Of a stretch of 64,000 nt of DNA, positions 20,201 to 31,805 are shown one piece after another. Location of the stretch: IMG/VR virus record IMGVR_UViG_3300028864_000016, positions 62,001 through 126,000 of that record; one strand, given 5' to 3'. Under the pieces are notes generated by a model. It did no database searches and was not told the origin of the DNA. It was given only the letters and a program-made list of their open reading frames with translations. The stretch's first letter is position 1, and each line of letters starts with the position of its first letter. The position numbers were made by a program, and so were the translations under genes.

Positions 20201-21180
20201 CATTAAGAGCTAATTTTACAACTTCGGAAGCAAATGATGCTATTAATAGTGGGGATGTATCAGGATATTTAACAAAAAATAAAGATAAAATGAATTTAAA
20301 AGCAAGTGTAGATGAAAGTGATATAGATTCTCATTTAAATTCTATTAGTGACAAAGCAGATAAGGCTAACAATTCAGTTACTATATTGAATAAAACTTAT
20401 GACGAATTATTATCAAAGAAAAGCATTAATATAACCGAAGCTGATATTAATAATAAGAAAGTTCAAGTTCAAAAGCAAGTAGATATAGATAATGAAGGTT
20501 TAACAACTACTTTGAATAATTTAAAAGCTATTAATCTAGCAATTGAAACAGAAATAGACTCTCATTATTCAAAGGTAATTGACAAGCAAACTCAAGCACA
20601 ACAAAATGAGATGACTAGCTTACAAAACTTTGCAAAAGAATATACTATTTATTATAATAAATTCCTAGAATTAGTACAAACAGTTAATGACTTTAGATTT
20701 AATAATATTGTAGTGAATGTACAAGCATCTGTAGACAATGTATTACAAGGATTAGAAGTTATAGCAAAGGCTTATGAAAAATATGCTAAGGCATATAATA
20801 AAATGCACCCAGACGATACTATTTCTTCTAGTATTGATATATCAGATGTACAAAGTGCGAATACATCCTATAAAAAATCCGTAAGTGATTATCAAGCTAA
20901 TGTATTGTCATCATATTCTGCCGAAGCTTTTGAAAAATATGCAAGTCAAATTGGAAGTGGAATAGGAGATAGTTTATTGAGTAAGTTAAATAATTATAGT
21001 AGTTCTACTAGTAATATTAATAACACAAATAACGCTTCCACAACTAATAATAGTAATAAATCTACAACATCTAATACAACTAATGTAAATATAAATCAAC
21101 TTGATGTAAATACAAAGGACGCACAAAATTTATTAAATCAATTGTTAACAATAGTTAAAAATAAAACAAATTTGAGTTAG
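17261..21180 (+). CDS. Tape measure protein, exon 2 (spliced product 2001 aa)
   Basis: Frame is open upstream of ATG 17326 back to 17261; hydrophobic membrane segments, then long coiled coil; 2086+3920=6006 nt. Confidence 0.85.
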
Positions 21181-21226
21181 GATGTTTATTTGTCCTAACT
21201 CCTTTTTATATGTGAGGTGATAATTA

Positions 21227-21514
21227 ATGAATATTAATTTAAATGAAGGTGCTGAAATTCTTATAAATGCAATGCAAACTCATTCAAAAAATGAAGTAAA
21301 TAGAAACTCAATTCAAAGTATGAATAGACAAGGATATATAAAAACAGTATTAGGAAATGATTTATATACAGTAGTCATAGATGAAGAAGAATATACAATA
21401 GAAGCAAGGCAAGGTTTAACTTTATCTGTAAAAGATTTAGTAGTAATAATGCTATACAATGGAGATATTAGTAGACCTTGGATAATAGATAAAAAACCGA
21501 AGAATTGGAAATAA
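21227..21514 (+). CDS. Small tail-tip/baseplate protein
   Basis: 95 aa directly after TMP; OB-fold-like GYIKTVLGNDLYTVVIDEEEYTI. Confidence 0.45.
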   Translation: MNINLNEGAEILINAMQTHSKNEVNRNSIQSMNRQGYIKTVLGNDLYTVVIDEEEYTIEARQGLTLSVKDLVVIMLYNGDISRPWIIDKKPKNWK

Positions 21515-21540
21515 TAAATTAAAATAAAATTGAAAAGGAG

Positions 21541-22737
21541 ATGCTTATAATGGAAACTAATAATCAACAACTATGTGGGCTATCAAGAATTCGCAATCTC
21601 TCATGTAGAGTTGAATTACTAGATATAAATTATAACATAGTAGATACATTACAAGGAGAAATTACAACAGGAAGTATAACATTGAATAATAATCATTCAA
21701 GTACAGATGATAATGATAATAGTAATTTTGCTAGAATTACTGGAAGTATGGAGTTTATTCTAACATCTGATTTGGCAACAGATTATTTTAAATTGGACTT
21801 AAAACACTTGATACGTATATTTATGATAATTACGGATAAGGCTAGTGGAGTATTTGCAGAATATAATATAGGTGTATGTTTAATCAATTCTCCAAACATT
21901 ATTAGAGGAATAGACGGTAATAATAAAATAACGATAAGCCTAAATGATTTAATGTCAAATTATAATGGAGATTTCAATGGAGAAATTGAAAAGAAAATTA
22001 CAATAAAAACTAGTAAAGATTCAAGTTCAAACTTATCTCAAACAATATATGATGTAGCTACTAATGCAAATTTAATGGGCTTAGATTCAAGTAGAGTAAT
22101 GTTTGAATCTAATCCATATCAAATATTATCTGAAGTTACTTGTGAATCAGGAAATAAGATAACTGACTTATTAAAATCATTAATGGATTTATATAAAGGT
22201 TATGAATTATTTTTTAATCCTGATGGAATTCTTATATATCAAAGAATAAAAAATCATAATACTGATGCAATAATTCAAGAGTATGATAATAGCCCTAATA
22301 TTGTAAGTTATTCTATCAAAAAAGAATATACAAATGTAAGAAATCATATTGTCGTACTTGGTTGTACAGAGAGTGATACGACTAATAACAATGTGGGAAT
22401 ACAATATAGAGGTGAGGTAAAGCAAGAAAATATAAATCATCCTTTAAGTATAATAAATATAGGTGATAAAAAAAAAGTTATTTCAGATGATAAACAGTTA
22501 ACTAATGAATCATGTTTGTCAGAAGCTGAATATTGGTTAGACAAATATTCAAATTATGCTGATACACTTGAAATGCAAATGATACCAGATTTTAGATTAG
22601 TTCCTAATAGAGTTATTAAAGTTGTGTATTCAGACGATAGTATTACTATTAATGGAAGATATCTAATAAATAGTATAACATTTGGGCTTAAAGCTTCAGA
22701 TTTATCTACTGTAAGTTGTTCATTATTATATAATTAG
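21541..22737 (+). CDS. Putative baseplate hub/tail-tip protein
   Basis: YELFFNPDGILIYQ and NVRNHIVVLG motifs typical of hub proteins; position after TMP. Confidence 0.55.
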   Translation: MLIMETNNQQLCGLSRIRNLSCRVELLDINYNIVDTLQGEITTGSITLNNNHSSTDDNDNSNFARITGSMEFILTSDLATDYFKLDLKHLIRIFMIITDKASGVFAEYNIGVCLINSPNIIRGIDGNNKITISLNDLMSNYNGDFNGEIEKKITIKTSKDSSSNLSQTIYDVATNANLMGLDSSRVMFESNPYQILSEVTCESGNKITDLLKSLMDLYKGYELFFNPDGILIYQRIKNHNTDAIIQEYDNSPNIVSYSIKKEYTNVRNHIVVLGCTESDTTNNNVGIQYRGEVKQENINHPLSIINIGDKKKVISDDKQLTNESCLSEAEYWLDKYSNYADTLEMQMIPDFRLVPNRVIKVVYSDDSITINGRYLINSITFGLKASDLSTVSCSLLYN

Positions 22738-22855
22738 TTTTATAAATAAATATAAATAGTATATTAAACTGAGGCTTGGGTAAATCCAAGTCTTTTATCA
22801 TGTATATAATATTAAATTAAAACAAAATAAATCATAGATTTTAAAAGGAAGGTAG

Positions 22856-23785
22856 GTGAATAAATATATGGCTTTTATAACTCGTTTTGGTTTTAACGGT
22901 AGTCCATTCGTTGAAGCTTGTCATGTATCTCGAAAAGTTTCATACCTGATGGCTAGTAATGGTGTTTTTGATGAGATAAAAATAGATGAAACCTTAGATT
23001 CTACGAATTCCATCAAAAAAGAATCTTGGACGTTAGATACTACCTTTTTATCTAAATTTCAAAATTCACTTGAAGCAGGTAACATAATAGCTGGTGGAAT
23101 TAAAATTCAAAAAATAAGATTCAAGAGAAGAAAAATTGGGGAGTTATCTTGGCAAACAATGATAGATGTCCCTTTTAGTGATGATATAGAAAATTATGAT
23201 ACCCAAGATTTTTTTGTGGAGAATACTACAGATTATGAATATTCTCTTGTACCAGTAATTCAAAATTTTGAGGGGGTAGGAGTTACTGAACAAATAACAA
23301 CTGATTATCAATCTTTGTTTTTAACTGGCTTAAATTCAAAAGGAGAATTATGCAATTATCCATTGCGTTTTGATTTACATACTACAGATATTAGTTTAAA
23401 TTTTGACCAAACAATCCAAAAGACATTATCTTCTCAATATCCTGCTTTATTATGTGGAGAAAGCAAGTATTATAGCGGAAATATAGCAGTTAAATTAATA
23501 TCTCCAACAACAGAAGCCAATGGTGGGAAAGTGGACATGAAAGCTGAAAAAGCATATAGAGAAGCATTTGAAGATTTTATACATGGTGGTAAGCCTATGC
23601 TAATTAGAAATCATTCTATGTATATTTTGGGTGTCTTAACTGACCCTAAAAAGAATCCAGCTTTTGATGAAGAAGTTGCATTTGGTATATATGACTATAG
23701 TTTAGCTTTCAATGAGGTTAATAACGCAAAAGATATGGAAGTATTAAAGCAATATGGACTAACCTATGATGTTAGTGCAAGTTAA
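22856..23785 (+). CDS. Putative distal tail (Dit-like) protein
   Basis: DFFVENTTDYEYSLVPV FN3-like motif and LCGESKYYSGNI; position in tail-tip module. Confidence 0.45.
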   Translation: MNKYMAFITRFGFNGSPFVEACHVSRKVSYLMASNGVFDEIKIDETLDSTNSIKKESWTLDTTFLSKFQNSLEAGNIIAGGIKIQKIRFKRRKIGELSWQTMIDVPFSDDIENYDTQDFFVENTTDYEYSLVPVIQNFEGVGVTEQITTDYQSLFLTGLNSKGELCNYPLRFDLHTTDISLNFDQTIQKTLSSQYPALLCGESKYYSGNIAVKLISPTTEANGGKVDMKAEKAYREAFEDFIHGGKPMLIRNHSMYILGVLTDPKKNPAFDEEVAFGIYDYSLAFNEVNNAKDMEVLKQYGLTYDVSAS

Positions 23786-23852
23786 TCTATGAATATAAAA
23801 TCTTATAATTTGAACTAAATTAAAAATATAAAAGAAAGGAGGGTGATATTTT

Positions 23853-26498
23853 ATGGCTGTTCAAAAAATAGTACAAGGAAGTTTGTATCAAAATGGTCAA
23901 CAAATACAGTTCTCATCTGCACCTGCAACATATACAAGCAATGCTGTTTTAGAATTAAGATCAAGTGGAACGGATATAGAATGGTTAGTTATAAAAAGTG
24001 GAGCACATGAATATTTATTATCCACTAAAAATTTATTGAGTGGTATAAGTTATAATCAATTAAATATCCAAGGGTTCGTTAGTGGAAATTCATTGATTGC
24101 AATTGGAGATTCACAGTATAAGATTAGATTAATTACTAGTCAAGAATGGGATAATTTTGTATTAAATCAAATAAATTTAAATTCATTATTAACACCGAAT
24201 GCAGATGATTTAAGTGGAAATTATAATTCTATAACTATTACTAGTTCTGATACAAACAACTTATTACATTGGTGGAACTCCCCTTCATTAACTAAAAATA
24301 TCAGTGGAAGTAGTGTAATTGTAAGAGGTGGGAATGCAATTGGAACATCTAATAATATATCAATAACAGATAATTCGAATTACAGAATTGTATTAGAAAA
24401 ATATAATCTACCACCAGTTATTAGTGATAGTGATAGGTTTTTAGGTAATTTTACATCAAGTATTATACAAGAATATTCTATAGTAGACCCTGAAAATGAT
24501 TTATTTAAAATAGAAGAAATTTTAGATGGAACAGTGACTAAAACTCTAGAAAATCAAACAAGTAAAACTAAATTTACATATAGTTTATCAGGAACTCCGT
24601 GGAACAACCTATTAGCTGGTCAACATAATGTAAAAATAAGAGTTACGGATACATGTGATAACATTGTAATTAGAAATTGGACTTTTAATAAAATAGTAGA
24701 TACATCAACTGGTACGTCTGCAAATCTAACTAGACCAGTTATAACAACACCTATTAACTCCCTTTCTTTAAGTCCTATAAATGCTTTAGTAGATAATAAA
24801 ATAAATTTCACAGTAACAGGTGGTGAACTTGTTTACACAAATGAAATTAGTATAGTAGATAATTCTGATTCATCGGTAATTGTTTATAATAAAAAGTTAC
24901 CTGAATTATTTGATTTTTATAATACTATTCCATTAAATACATTAATTAATGGAAAAACATATCAAATAAAAATTCGAACATATAACTCAAGTGGACAATA
25001 TTCGGCATGGTCTGATACTGTACTGGTAAAATGTTTAACTCCACCAAATTTAATAATAACAACAATAATTGATGGAATGATAAAGAGTCCAAACCCTGTA
25101 ATGATGGCAACTTACAATCAAAGTGACAATGATGAATTGTATAGTTATGTCTATAATTTGTATAAAGATGGTGCTTTAATTTTATCTAGTGGTGTTCTAT
25201 TAGATAAATTAAGACAATATCAATTTTCAAATTTAGATAATAAAACAAATTATACAATAGAATTAAAGGTTAGAACTGCAAGTGGAATGGAAACTAGTAT
25301 TTCACAAGATTTTTATTGTGTATTTTTACAATCGAAATTACCAGCAGTTATAAAACTAGAAAATAGTCCAACCACTGGTAGTGTAAAAATAACGAGTTAT
25401 GTAAGGCAGATACGAGGAAGGATTTATAGTGGCGATAATATAAATTATATTGATGATGAGTGGGCAGATTTGCATAATACGGTAGTAATATGGGATAAAG
25501 ATGGAGCATTTCGTATAGAAGGTGATTGGACTGCTAAAATATGGGCAAGAGACTTGGAAGACAATGATGTAATGTTAGTCAAATTTAGTTTAGACGATGG
25601 TACATATATTCAATTAACTAGGTTTGAAAATATGTTTTCATTAACAAAAATAGTTGCTGGAGTAAAACTATATGAATTACACTCATTTGTTTTAGGAGAT
25701 ATATTACTTACAGACCAACTATATTTCTTTATTCAAAATGATACAAATTTAGGATTAATGAATTTTGATGTAAAAAGAGTTACAGAAGGAAGAACTACTT
25801 GGTTTTCTAAAACATATAATGATGATACTATGCCAGATTACGCTAGTGAAAATGGATTTTTAAGTGGTATAAATGACAATTTAAAAAATTCACTACTTAA
25901 TAATAATATTGATGGGAATGTAATTAAAGCTTACATTCCAACACTTGACGAATTATTACAATTAGATAATAATGCAAAGCTGGGAGAAGCAATAGTAGGA
26001 GCAATGGTTTTAGGAAATAGTGCAAGTTCTATAGATATTAATTCTGATGTAGATTATTTTACAAGAACGATTGATAGTATGAATAATAATAAATTAAAAG
26101 TAGTAAAAGCTGATGGGACTATTGGTAGTGATTATCCTAGTAGTAAATTAGGAATAAGATTTATAATTAAAATTTCAAATATAACAAAAGTATCAACTTA
26201 TAAAGATGTTGAAGATGATTGTTACAATTTAACTTTTAAAATATTAAAATTATTTAGTATACAAAATATTAGTAATTTAAAAGTAGGAGATAAAATAAAA
26301 ACAAATTCAGTTAAATATAAAAACAAAATAATTAAGTTTACTATTTGTAAGAAAGATGATACATCAGTTTATTTGCTATCAGATGTCATAACTGAAAAGG
26401 AATTTGACAATTCAGAATCAGTATATACAAATGGAAATCCAAATTGGAGTTTATCAAATATAAATCAATGGCTAAATAGCAATATAAAAATAGGCTAG
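23853..26498 (+). CDS. Large tail/baseplate protein with FN3-like and DUF6273-like segments
   Basis: LINGKTYQIKIRTYNSSGQYSAWS (FN3-like); NGNPNWSLSNINQWLNS and YIPTLDEL resemble DUF6273-type domains. Confidence 0.55.
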   Translation: MAVQKIVQGSLYQNGQQIQFSSAPATYTSNAVLELRSSGTDIEWLVIKSGAHEYLLSTKNLLSGISYNQLNIQGFVSGNSLIAIGDSQYKIRLITSQEWDNFVLNQINLNSLLTPNADDLSGNYNSITITSSDTNNLLHWWNSPSLTKNISGSSVIVRGGNAIGTSNNISITDNSNYRIVLEKYNLPPVISDSDRFLGNFTSSIIQEYSIVDPENDLFKIEEILDGTVTKTLENQTSKTKFTYSLSGTPWNNLLAGQHNVKIRVTDTCDNIVIRNWTFNKIVDTSTGTSANLTRPVITTPINSLSLSPINALVDNKINFTVTGGELVYTNEISIVDNSDSSVIVYNKKLPELFDFYNTIPLNTLINGKTYQIKIRTYNSSGQYSAWSDTVLVKCLTPPNLIITTIIDGMIKSPNPVMMATYNQSDNDELYSYVYNLYKDGALILSSGVLLDKLRQYQFSNLDNKTNYTIELKVRTASGMETSISQDFYCVFLQSKLPAVIKLENSPTTGSVKITSYVRQIRGRIYSGDNINYIDDEWADLHNTVVIWDKDGAFRIEGDWTAKIWARDLEDNDVMLVKFSLDDGTYIQLTRFENMFSLTKIVAGVKLYELHSFVLGDILLTDQLYFFIQNDTNLGLMNFDVKRVTEGRTTWFSKTYNDDTMPDYASENGFLSGINDNLKNSLLNNNIDGNVIKAYIPTLDELLQLDNNAKLGEAIVGAMVLGNSASSIDINSDVDYFTRTIDSMNNNKLKVVKADGTIGSDYPSSKLGIRFIIKISNITKVSTYKDVEDDCYNLTFKILKLFSIQNISNLKVGDKIKTNSVKYKNKIIKFTICKKDDTSVYLLSDVITEKEFDNSESVYTNGNPNWSLSNINQWLNSNIKIG

Positions 26499-26546
26499 GA
26501 GAATTTCTCTTGGCTTATTTTATTGAAAAAATAAGGAGGAAAAAGT

Positions 26547-28883
26547 ATGGCAACTTATATGACTGACGATTTAGTGCCAAGATGGTCAACTTTTACAACA
26601 GATAATGATTTAAACCCTGATACTTTTATAGTATTTCAAGATGTTGATAAATCACATTCTGATATGATTGAGAGATATTATACATTAAAGAATAAAACTT
26701 ATACAACGGATGCTGAAAAAACTGAAATGACACAATTGGCAGTAAATTTACAAGAATATCTACCAACGAGTGATACATGGAATAAATTATGTGCATGTAT
26801 ACGAGGAATGCAAATATATATGAGAGATGGTGTTGTAGTTTTTTATGAACAAAAAAAACAAGAGTTTGAAAATTTACTTAAACAATACAAAGATAGAGGC
26901 GATTGGAATGCAACTACAACTTTTGTTTTAGGTAATTTAGTAAAACATAATGGATATGGGTTCATGAGTACATTTGATGGAAGCAATTTAAATCATGAAC
27001 CAAATGAAAATGTGTCTAGTGATACATATTGGACAAGATATACCATCAAGGGAGATAAAGGAGACCCAAGTTTGAATATAAATTATAAAGGTGAATATTC
27101 ATCAACTACAACTTATGCAATAGGAGATGCTTGTAGTTTAAATCAGATAATGTATTATGCGAAACAAAATGCAACAATAGGAATATCACCAACTGATAAT
27201 ACAAAATGGGCATGTGTTGATAAATTTATTGTTAGTGGGGCACAACCAACAGATATACATATTGTGTGGTGGGATACTACTGTTAATAAATTAAAAAGAT
27301 ATAATGGGAATGATTGGATAATTCCAACAATTAATGCAAGTGATGTGTTAATAACTGATAGTGCTAATTATTTTATAAGTACAAATGTAGAAGGCGCATT
27401 AAGTGAATTAGGCTCAATTTATACAACAACAAATGTGGGTAATGTTTATTCAATAACTGTTCCTAATTTAATATCATTAACAGATGGATATCCAATAACG
27501 GTTAAATTTAATGTGGCTAGTACAGGCAGTATTGCGTTAAAAGTTAATAATTTAGTTTCTAGAAGTATAGTAGATTATTTTGGAAGTTCAGTTACAAATG
27601 TCCGTGCTAATTTAATAGTAAATTTAAGATATGAAATTATAAGTAATTCTTTTATATTACAGGGTAAAGGAGGTGATGGGAACGCAACACCAAATCAATT
27701 GTTATTAAATGCAACTGCAACAACTAAAAATGGACAAATTGTTGGTACAATGCCAAATAAGGGAGATATGATTATAACACCTACAAGTCAAAATATATCT
27801 ATTCCTATGGGATTTCATGGGGGAAATGGATATGTTCAAGGTGTTACTCCCAAAAGTCTAGGAGGATATGGTGTCTCAGATTATATATTATCTAATAATA
27901 TTGAAAGACAAATTATAGAAAAGTTCACTATTAATATTACCACTGGTACAGGGATTATTCGTACTCAAACAGATGGTTTAAACAATTGTTATATATTCAA
28001 TACTTCCGGATTGATTAAGTATGATTTTATTGGTAATCAGATATGGAAAAAAGATATATCAAACAACTATTACAAGAATTTATGTACCGATAATTCTAAT
28101 AATGTTATTATATCAATTACTAATACAGTAACAAAGTATGATGCTAATGGTTCTCAGTTATGGACATACACACCTCCAACTTGTGAATCTATAGATAGAA
28201 TGAAAACAGATGTTTTTGGTAATATTATATTAGCAGTATATAACTATACAAATCCATGCAGAATTGTTAAATTAAATACTAATGGCTCAGTGGTATGGGA
28301 TATATCTATGACATATGCTAATGTTAGTTCTAGTGGAATCACTACAGATGAGTTCGGAAATGTATATTATATGGCTAGTATGCCACAGGATAAATACGGA
28401 AATTCATTCTATTATTTCACACGTAAGATTGGTTCTTCTGGTAATATAATAATTTCAACTAGTACATCATCTGCTCCTATTGACAATGCTAGTTTAGTCT
28501 ATGTTAATAATTATTTGTATGAGGCTACAAATGGTACTTACGATTATGGTACAGACCCAGCAGGCATTGGTAAATCACAAAATGATTTCACAGCTCTGCC
28601 TACTGATTCCTATACTTATCATGCGTATGATGGATTTAATATATATATAGGTGCTTGTGCTAAAGATGGAAAATATCTTTATTTAATTAAGAGACCCGGA
28701 GAATTCACAATGACGGGTAATCAAATAATAAAAATGAATGTTAGTGATCTTACAGAGTTATGGTCATATACTGTGCCTGATAATATACAGGATATAACTG
28801 TAGATAATAACGGGGAAGTATGGTATGTGACATCATCAAATAAAATAGGAGTAATCTCAGAAAGATATCTTATATTAAAATAA
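26547..28883 (+). CDS. Tail fibre/receptor-binding protein with C-terminal beta-propeller-like region
   Basis: YKGEYSSTTTYAIGD-type carbohydrate-binding repeats; ILQGKGGDGNATPNQLL; repeated KYDxNGxQxW propeller blades. Confidence 0.6.
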   Translation: MATYMTDDLVPRWSTFTTDNDLNPDTFIVFQDVDKSHSDMIERYYTLKNKTYTTDAEKTEMTQLAVNLQEYLPTSDTWNKLCACIRGMQIYMRDGVVVFYEQKKQEFENLLKQYKDRGDWNATTTFVLGNLVKHNGYGFMSTFDGSNLNHEPNENVSSDTYWTRYTIKGDKGDPSLNINYKGEYSSTTTYAIGDACSLNQIMYYAKQNATIGISPTDNTKWACVDKFIVSGAQPTDIHIVWWDTTVNKLKRYNGNDWIIPTINASDVLITDSANYFISTNVEGALSELGSIYTTTNVGNVYSITVPNLISLTDGYPITVKFNVASTGSIALKVNNLVSRSIVDYFGSSVTNVRANLIVNLRYEIISNSFILQGKGGDGNATPNQLLLNATATTKNGQIVGTMPNKGDMIITPTSQNISIPMGFHGGNGYVQGVTPKSLGGYGVSDYILSNNIERQIIEKFTINITTGTGIIRTQTDGLNNCYIFNTSGLIKYDFIGNQIWKKDISNNYYKNLCTDNSNNVIISITNTVTKYDANGSQLWTYTPPTCESIDRMKTDVFGNIILAVYNYTNPCRIVKLNTNGSVVWDISMTYANVSSSGITTDEFGNVYYMASMPQDKYGNSFYYFTRKIGSSGNIIISTSTSSAPIDNASLVYVNNYLYEATNGTYDYGTDPAGIGKSQNDFTALPTDSYTYHAYDGFNIYIGACAKDGKYLYLIKRPGEFTMTGNQIIKMNVSDLTELWSYTVPDNIQDITVDNNGEVWYVTSSNKIGVISERYLILK

Positions 28884-29228
28884 AGTTAAATTTATAATTA
28901 GTATATCACTAGTTAAGAGTTAGTTTTTTAGTTGTATAAATATTTAACTCCATTATTAATACAAAGATAAGATAATAAAAATAAATTAAGACAAATAAAA
29001 TTATCTATGAACTCAAGATGTTTAAGATAAGTGATGTTTAAATTATCATTTATTGAATACAGATACACAAAAGATATAAGAGTATTAAATCAATGTTAAT
29101 TAACTTATGATGTTAGCTTAGATTAAGTAAATTTAATAATGAATTAATAAAAAGACTTAGAGTTAGATTTATTCTCTAGGTCTTTTATTATGTAAAAAAA
29201 ATACAATAAAGAAAGGAATGAGTTTAAA

Positions 29229-31190
29229 ATGGCAGATATAATTTTAGACCAATTAGGACTTAAAGCAGGTGATATATTTAAACAAAGTGATGTCGAAAAA
29301 ATTGATTCAAACGCAACTAAAACTCAAGATGCAATTAATTTGAATTTTAATAAAATTGGAGTTTTAACTACTAACGGAATAACAGAACCAGACTTAGCTA
29401 CTGCTATAAAAAATGACCGTACACAATTATCAGGTATTCCGAACCAAACATATATAACCGAAAAGGCAAAAACAATAGATGTAAATAATGCACTTGCATT
29501 AAAAGCAGATAAAACATCATTGGATTCTACTAATGCTAATGTAACAAATAATACAAATTCTATAGCAACACATACATCACAAATAGCAAGTTTATCAAGT
29601 GGATCTCCAAAAGGTGTATATGCAACATTATCTGCATTACAAACTGCTTATCCAACTGGAAATGCAAATACTTATATAGTAAATGGAGATATAAAAGAAG
29701 TTGATACATTAACAGTTACTGCTATTCCAACTGTGGCAGGAAATATCACTATTACTCTTAATGGAGTTGCTTTTACAGTAGCATTAACTTTAGCAATGAC
29801 AACAACAGATTTAGTAGCTACAGCTATAAGAGGAACTACTTTTAGTGGATGGACAACAGGTGGAAGTGGTTCAAATATTACATTTACAAAGGTAACTAGC
29901 GGAACAAATACATCACCTATTTTTAGTGGTGGTACTACAACTTCAACGGCTACATTTACAATTACAACATCAGGTGTTAATGCAGATTATGGTTGGTATT
30001 ATTGGAGTTTAAGTGCATGGAATAGAGGCAATACTTACCAAAGTACAAGTTTAGCAGATGGAGCAGTAACACCAGTAAAAACATCTTTTTTCGTACTCAA
30101 TGCTATCAACCTTTTAGACCCAACTAAATTTGTCGCAGGAACATCAGTCAATTCAGTCAATGGTGCAGTAGTAAACGATGCAAACTATTGTGCAAGTGGC
30201 TGGAGAATAATTAGCCCAAGTACATCATATTGTGGATATAAAACAAAATTTTATGCTTTTTTTGATTCGGCTTTTGCTTATATTTCTGGTGGTGCGACAT
30301 TAGATTCATACGTTACGTCACCATCAAATGCTACATATATGCGTGTGGCATTTTTAACCGCTGACACAAATAAGGCAATATTAGTGCAAGGTACGTCATG
30401 CCCTGAAAAAATAGTTTATAAATTTCAAATCGAAACGGAAGTCAATGAAAATATTATTAAAATGCAATCAGATATTATTGGACTTAAAGGGAAATGGTAT
30501 GGCAAAAACGCATTATGTATAGGTGATAGTTTAACAGCCGCAGGGGTGTGGCAACAAAAACTGAATACCATACTTGGAATGACTGTAACAACTCACGCAC
30601 TGGGTGGATTAGGATTAATAGAAATGGTTGATGGTGGTACAAATTCAAACGGTACTTTAGCACCTCTTACGAGTAGTGATGTAGCAAATAAAGACTTAAT
30701 AATAGTTTATGGAGGATATAATAACCGAGGAACAGCAGATGGTATTATTGGAGATATTTATCCTACAAACAACACGATAGCAGGATTATTGCAGTATGTT
30801 GTTAATAAGATTTATAGCCTATTAACAACAGCAAACAACTTAAAATGTAGAATTGCAATTGTAACACCACATTGTGCAGGTAAATATCAATTTATTGACG
30901 CTGACGGATATACTGAATATGCACCCGGTACAGGCAGAACAATGAAAACACTTGCAAAAAAGATTGAGGAAATTGCAAATCTCAACTCACTACCATGTTA
31001 CAATGCTTGGGAAAACAGTGGTATTAATAAATTTACTTGGAATGTATTTTCTGCATCTCCTAATGCTTATGATGCAAGTGGTAGCCAAGGTGGTACATAT
31101 CCTAACAATTATGACCAGTTACATCTTAATTCTTCAGTTGGTTATCCACATTTAGGAGAAAGAATTACTAGTTTTATTGAAACAATATAA
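29229..31190 (+). CDS. Tail-associated SGNH/GDSL hydrolase (spike/esterase)
   Basis: Block I CIGDSLT, block III GGYNN, block V DQLH; N-terminal coiled-coil anchor. Confidence 0.7.
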   Translation: MADIILDQLGLKAGDIFKQSDVEKIDSNATKTQDAINLNFNKIGVLTTNGITEPDLATAIKNDRTQLSGIPNQTYITEKAKTIDVNNALALKADKTSLDSTNANVTNNTNSIATHTSQIASLSSGSPKGVYATLSALQTAYPTGNANTYIVNGDIKEVDTLTVTAIPTVAGNITITLNGVAFTVALTLAMTTTDLVATAIRGTTFSGWTTGGSGSNITFTKVTSGTNTSPIFSGGTTTSTATFTITTSGVNADYGWYYWSLSAWNRGNTYQSTSLADGAVTPVKTSFFVLNAINLLDPTKFVAGTSVNSVNGAVVNDANYCASGWRIISPSTSYCGYKTKFYAFFDSAFAYISGGATLDSYVTSPSNATYMRVAFLTADTNKAILVQGTSCPEKIVYKFQIETEVNENIIKMQSDIIGLKGKWYGKNALCIGDSLTAAGVWQQKLNTILGMTVTTHALGGLGLIEMVDGGTNSNGTLAPLTSSDVANKDLIIVYGGYNNRGTADGIIGDIYPTNNTIAGLLQYVVNKIYSLLTTANNLKCRIAIVTPHCAGKYQFIDADGYTEYAPGTGRTMKTLAKKIEEIANLNSLPCYNAWENSGINKFTWNVFSASPNAYDASGSQGGTYPNNYDQLHLNSSVGYPHLGERITSFIETI

Positions 31191-31610
31191 TTCGTAATAT
31201 GAATAAATGATGTACAAGCTTAATAAGAAGGTGAAGTAATTTTTACCTTCTTATTTTATACTCAAAAATTAAAATAGTGAGTTGATAAATTGGACTTTTT
31301 ATCAAGAGTTTATGCATTTAAAATAACCATTTTAAGTTAACTTTGACTTTTAAGAATGGCTCTATGACTAGGTTTGAAGATTTAGTTTCCGTAACAAATG
31401 TTATGTCACTCACTCAAGATAAGACTTAATTCGTAGTTTATCTATTAACTCAAAAATCAATAAGAAAAGCTAATTTTAAAGGTTTGAATGAAAATTTCAA
31501 GCCTTTTTATTATGTAAAAAATTAAAAAGGAAGCGATGTATAAATGAATGAAGACTTAGGTGAAAATCTAGGTCTTTTACTATGTCCAAATTTAGAAAGG
31601 ATGGTTAATT

Positions 31611-31790
31611 ACGAACAAATATTTTGCGATAAATCAAAGAAGTTTAGCTGACGCACTTGTATTTTTAGGATTCAATTACATGAAGTTTGATGATGAAAAA
31701 TATGGAAAAGTTTATTCTTTTGTTAATTCTGAGAAGTTGCAATCATCAATTCATGAATTAAATAATTTAAAAAATATGACAAATAATTAA
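31611..31790 (+). CDS. Small DUF5659-like protein with non-ATG (ACG/ATT) start
   Basis: Open frame TNKYFAINQRSLADALVFLGFNYMKFDDEKYGKVYSFVNSEKLQSSIHEL...; AAGGATGG RBS 6 nt before ACG; same size and pattern as 48965..49159. Confidence 0.5.
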   Translation, partial: TNKYFAINQRSLADALVFLGFNYMKFDDEKYGKVYSFVNSEKLQSSIHELNNLKNMTNN

Positions 31791-31805
31791 GGAGTGTGGA
31801 TAATT

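Noticed and set aside
14862-21180. Tape measure as two separate genes or a pseudogene (ORF track 707 aa + 1284 aa)
   Set aside because: The gap has group I intron hallmarks and its precise removal restores one frame.
23853-28883. Diversity-generating retroelement target in DUF6273-like or fibre domains
   Set aside because: No reverse transcriptase and no template/variable repeat pair differing at adenines seen in the window.
28884-29228. 345-bp ORF-free gap between fibre and spike genes
   Set aside because: Apart from the terminator near 29152 I found no convincing promoter-hairpin unit, repeat or ORF remnant.
31544-31651. 35-aa ORF MNEDLGENLGLLLCPNLER...
   Set aside because: It runs through a terminator hairpin and overlaps the better-supported small ORF in another frame.
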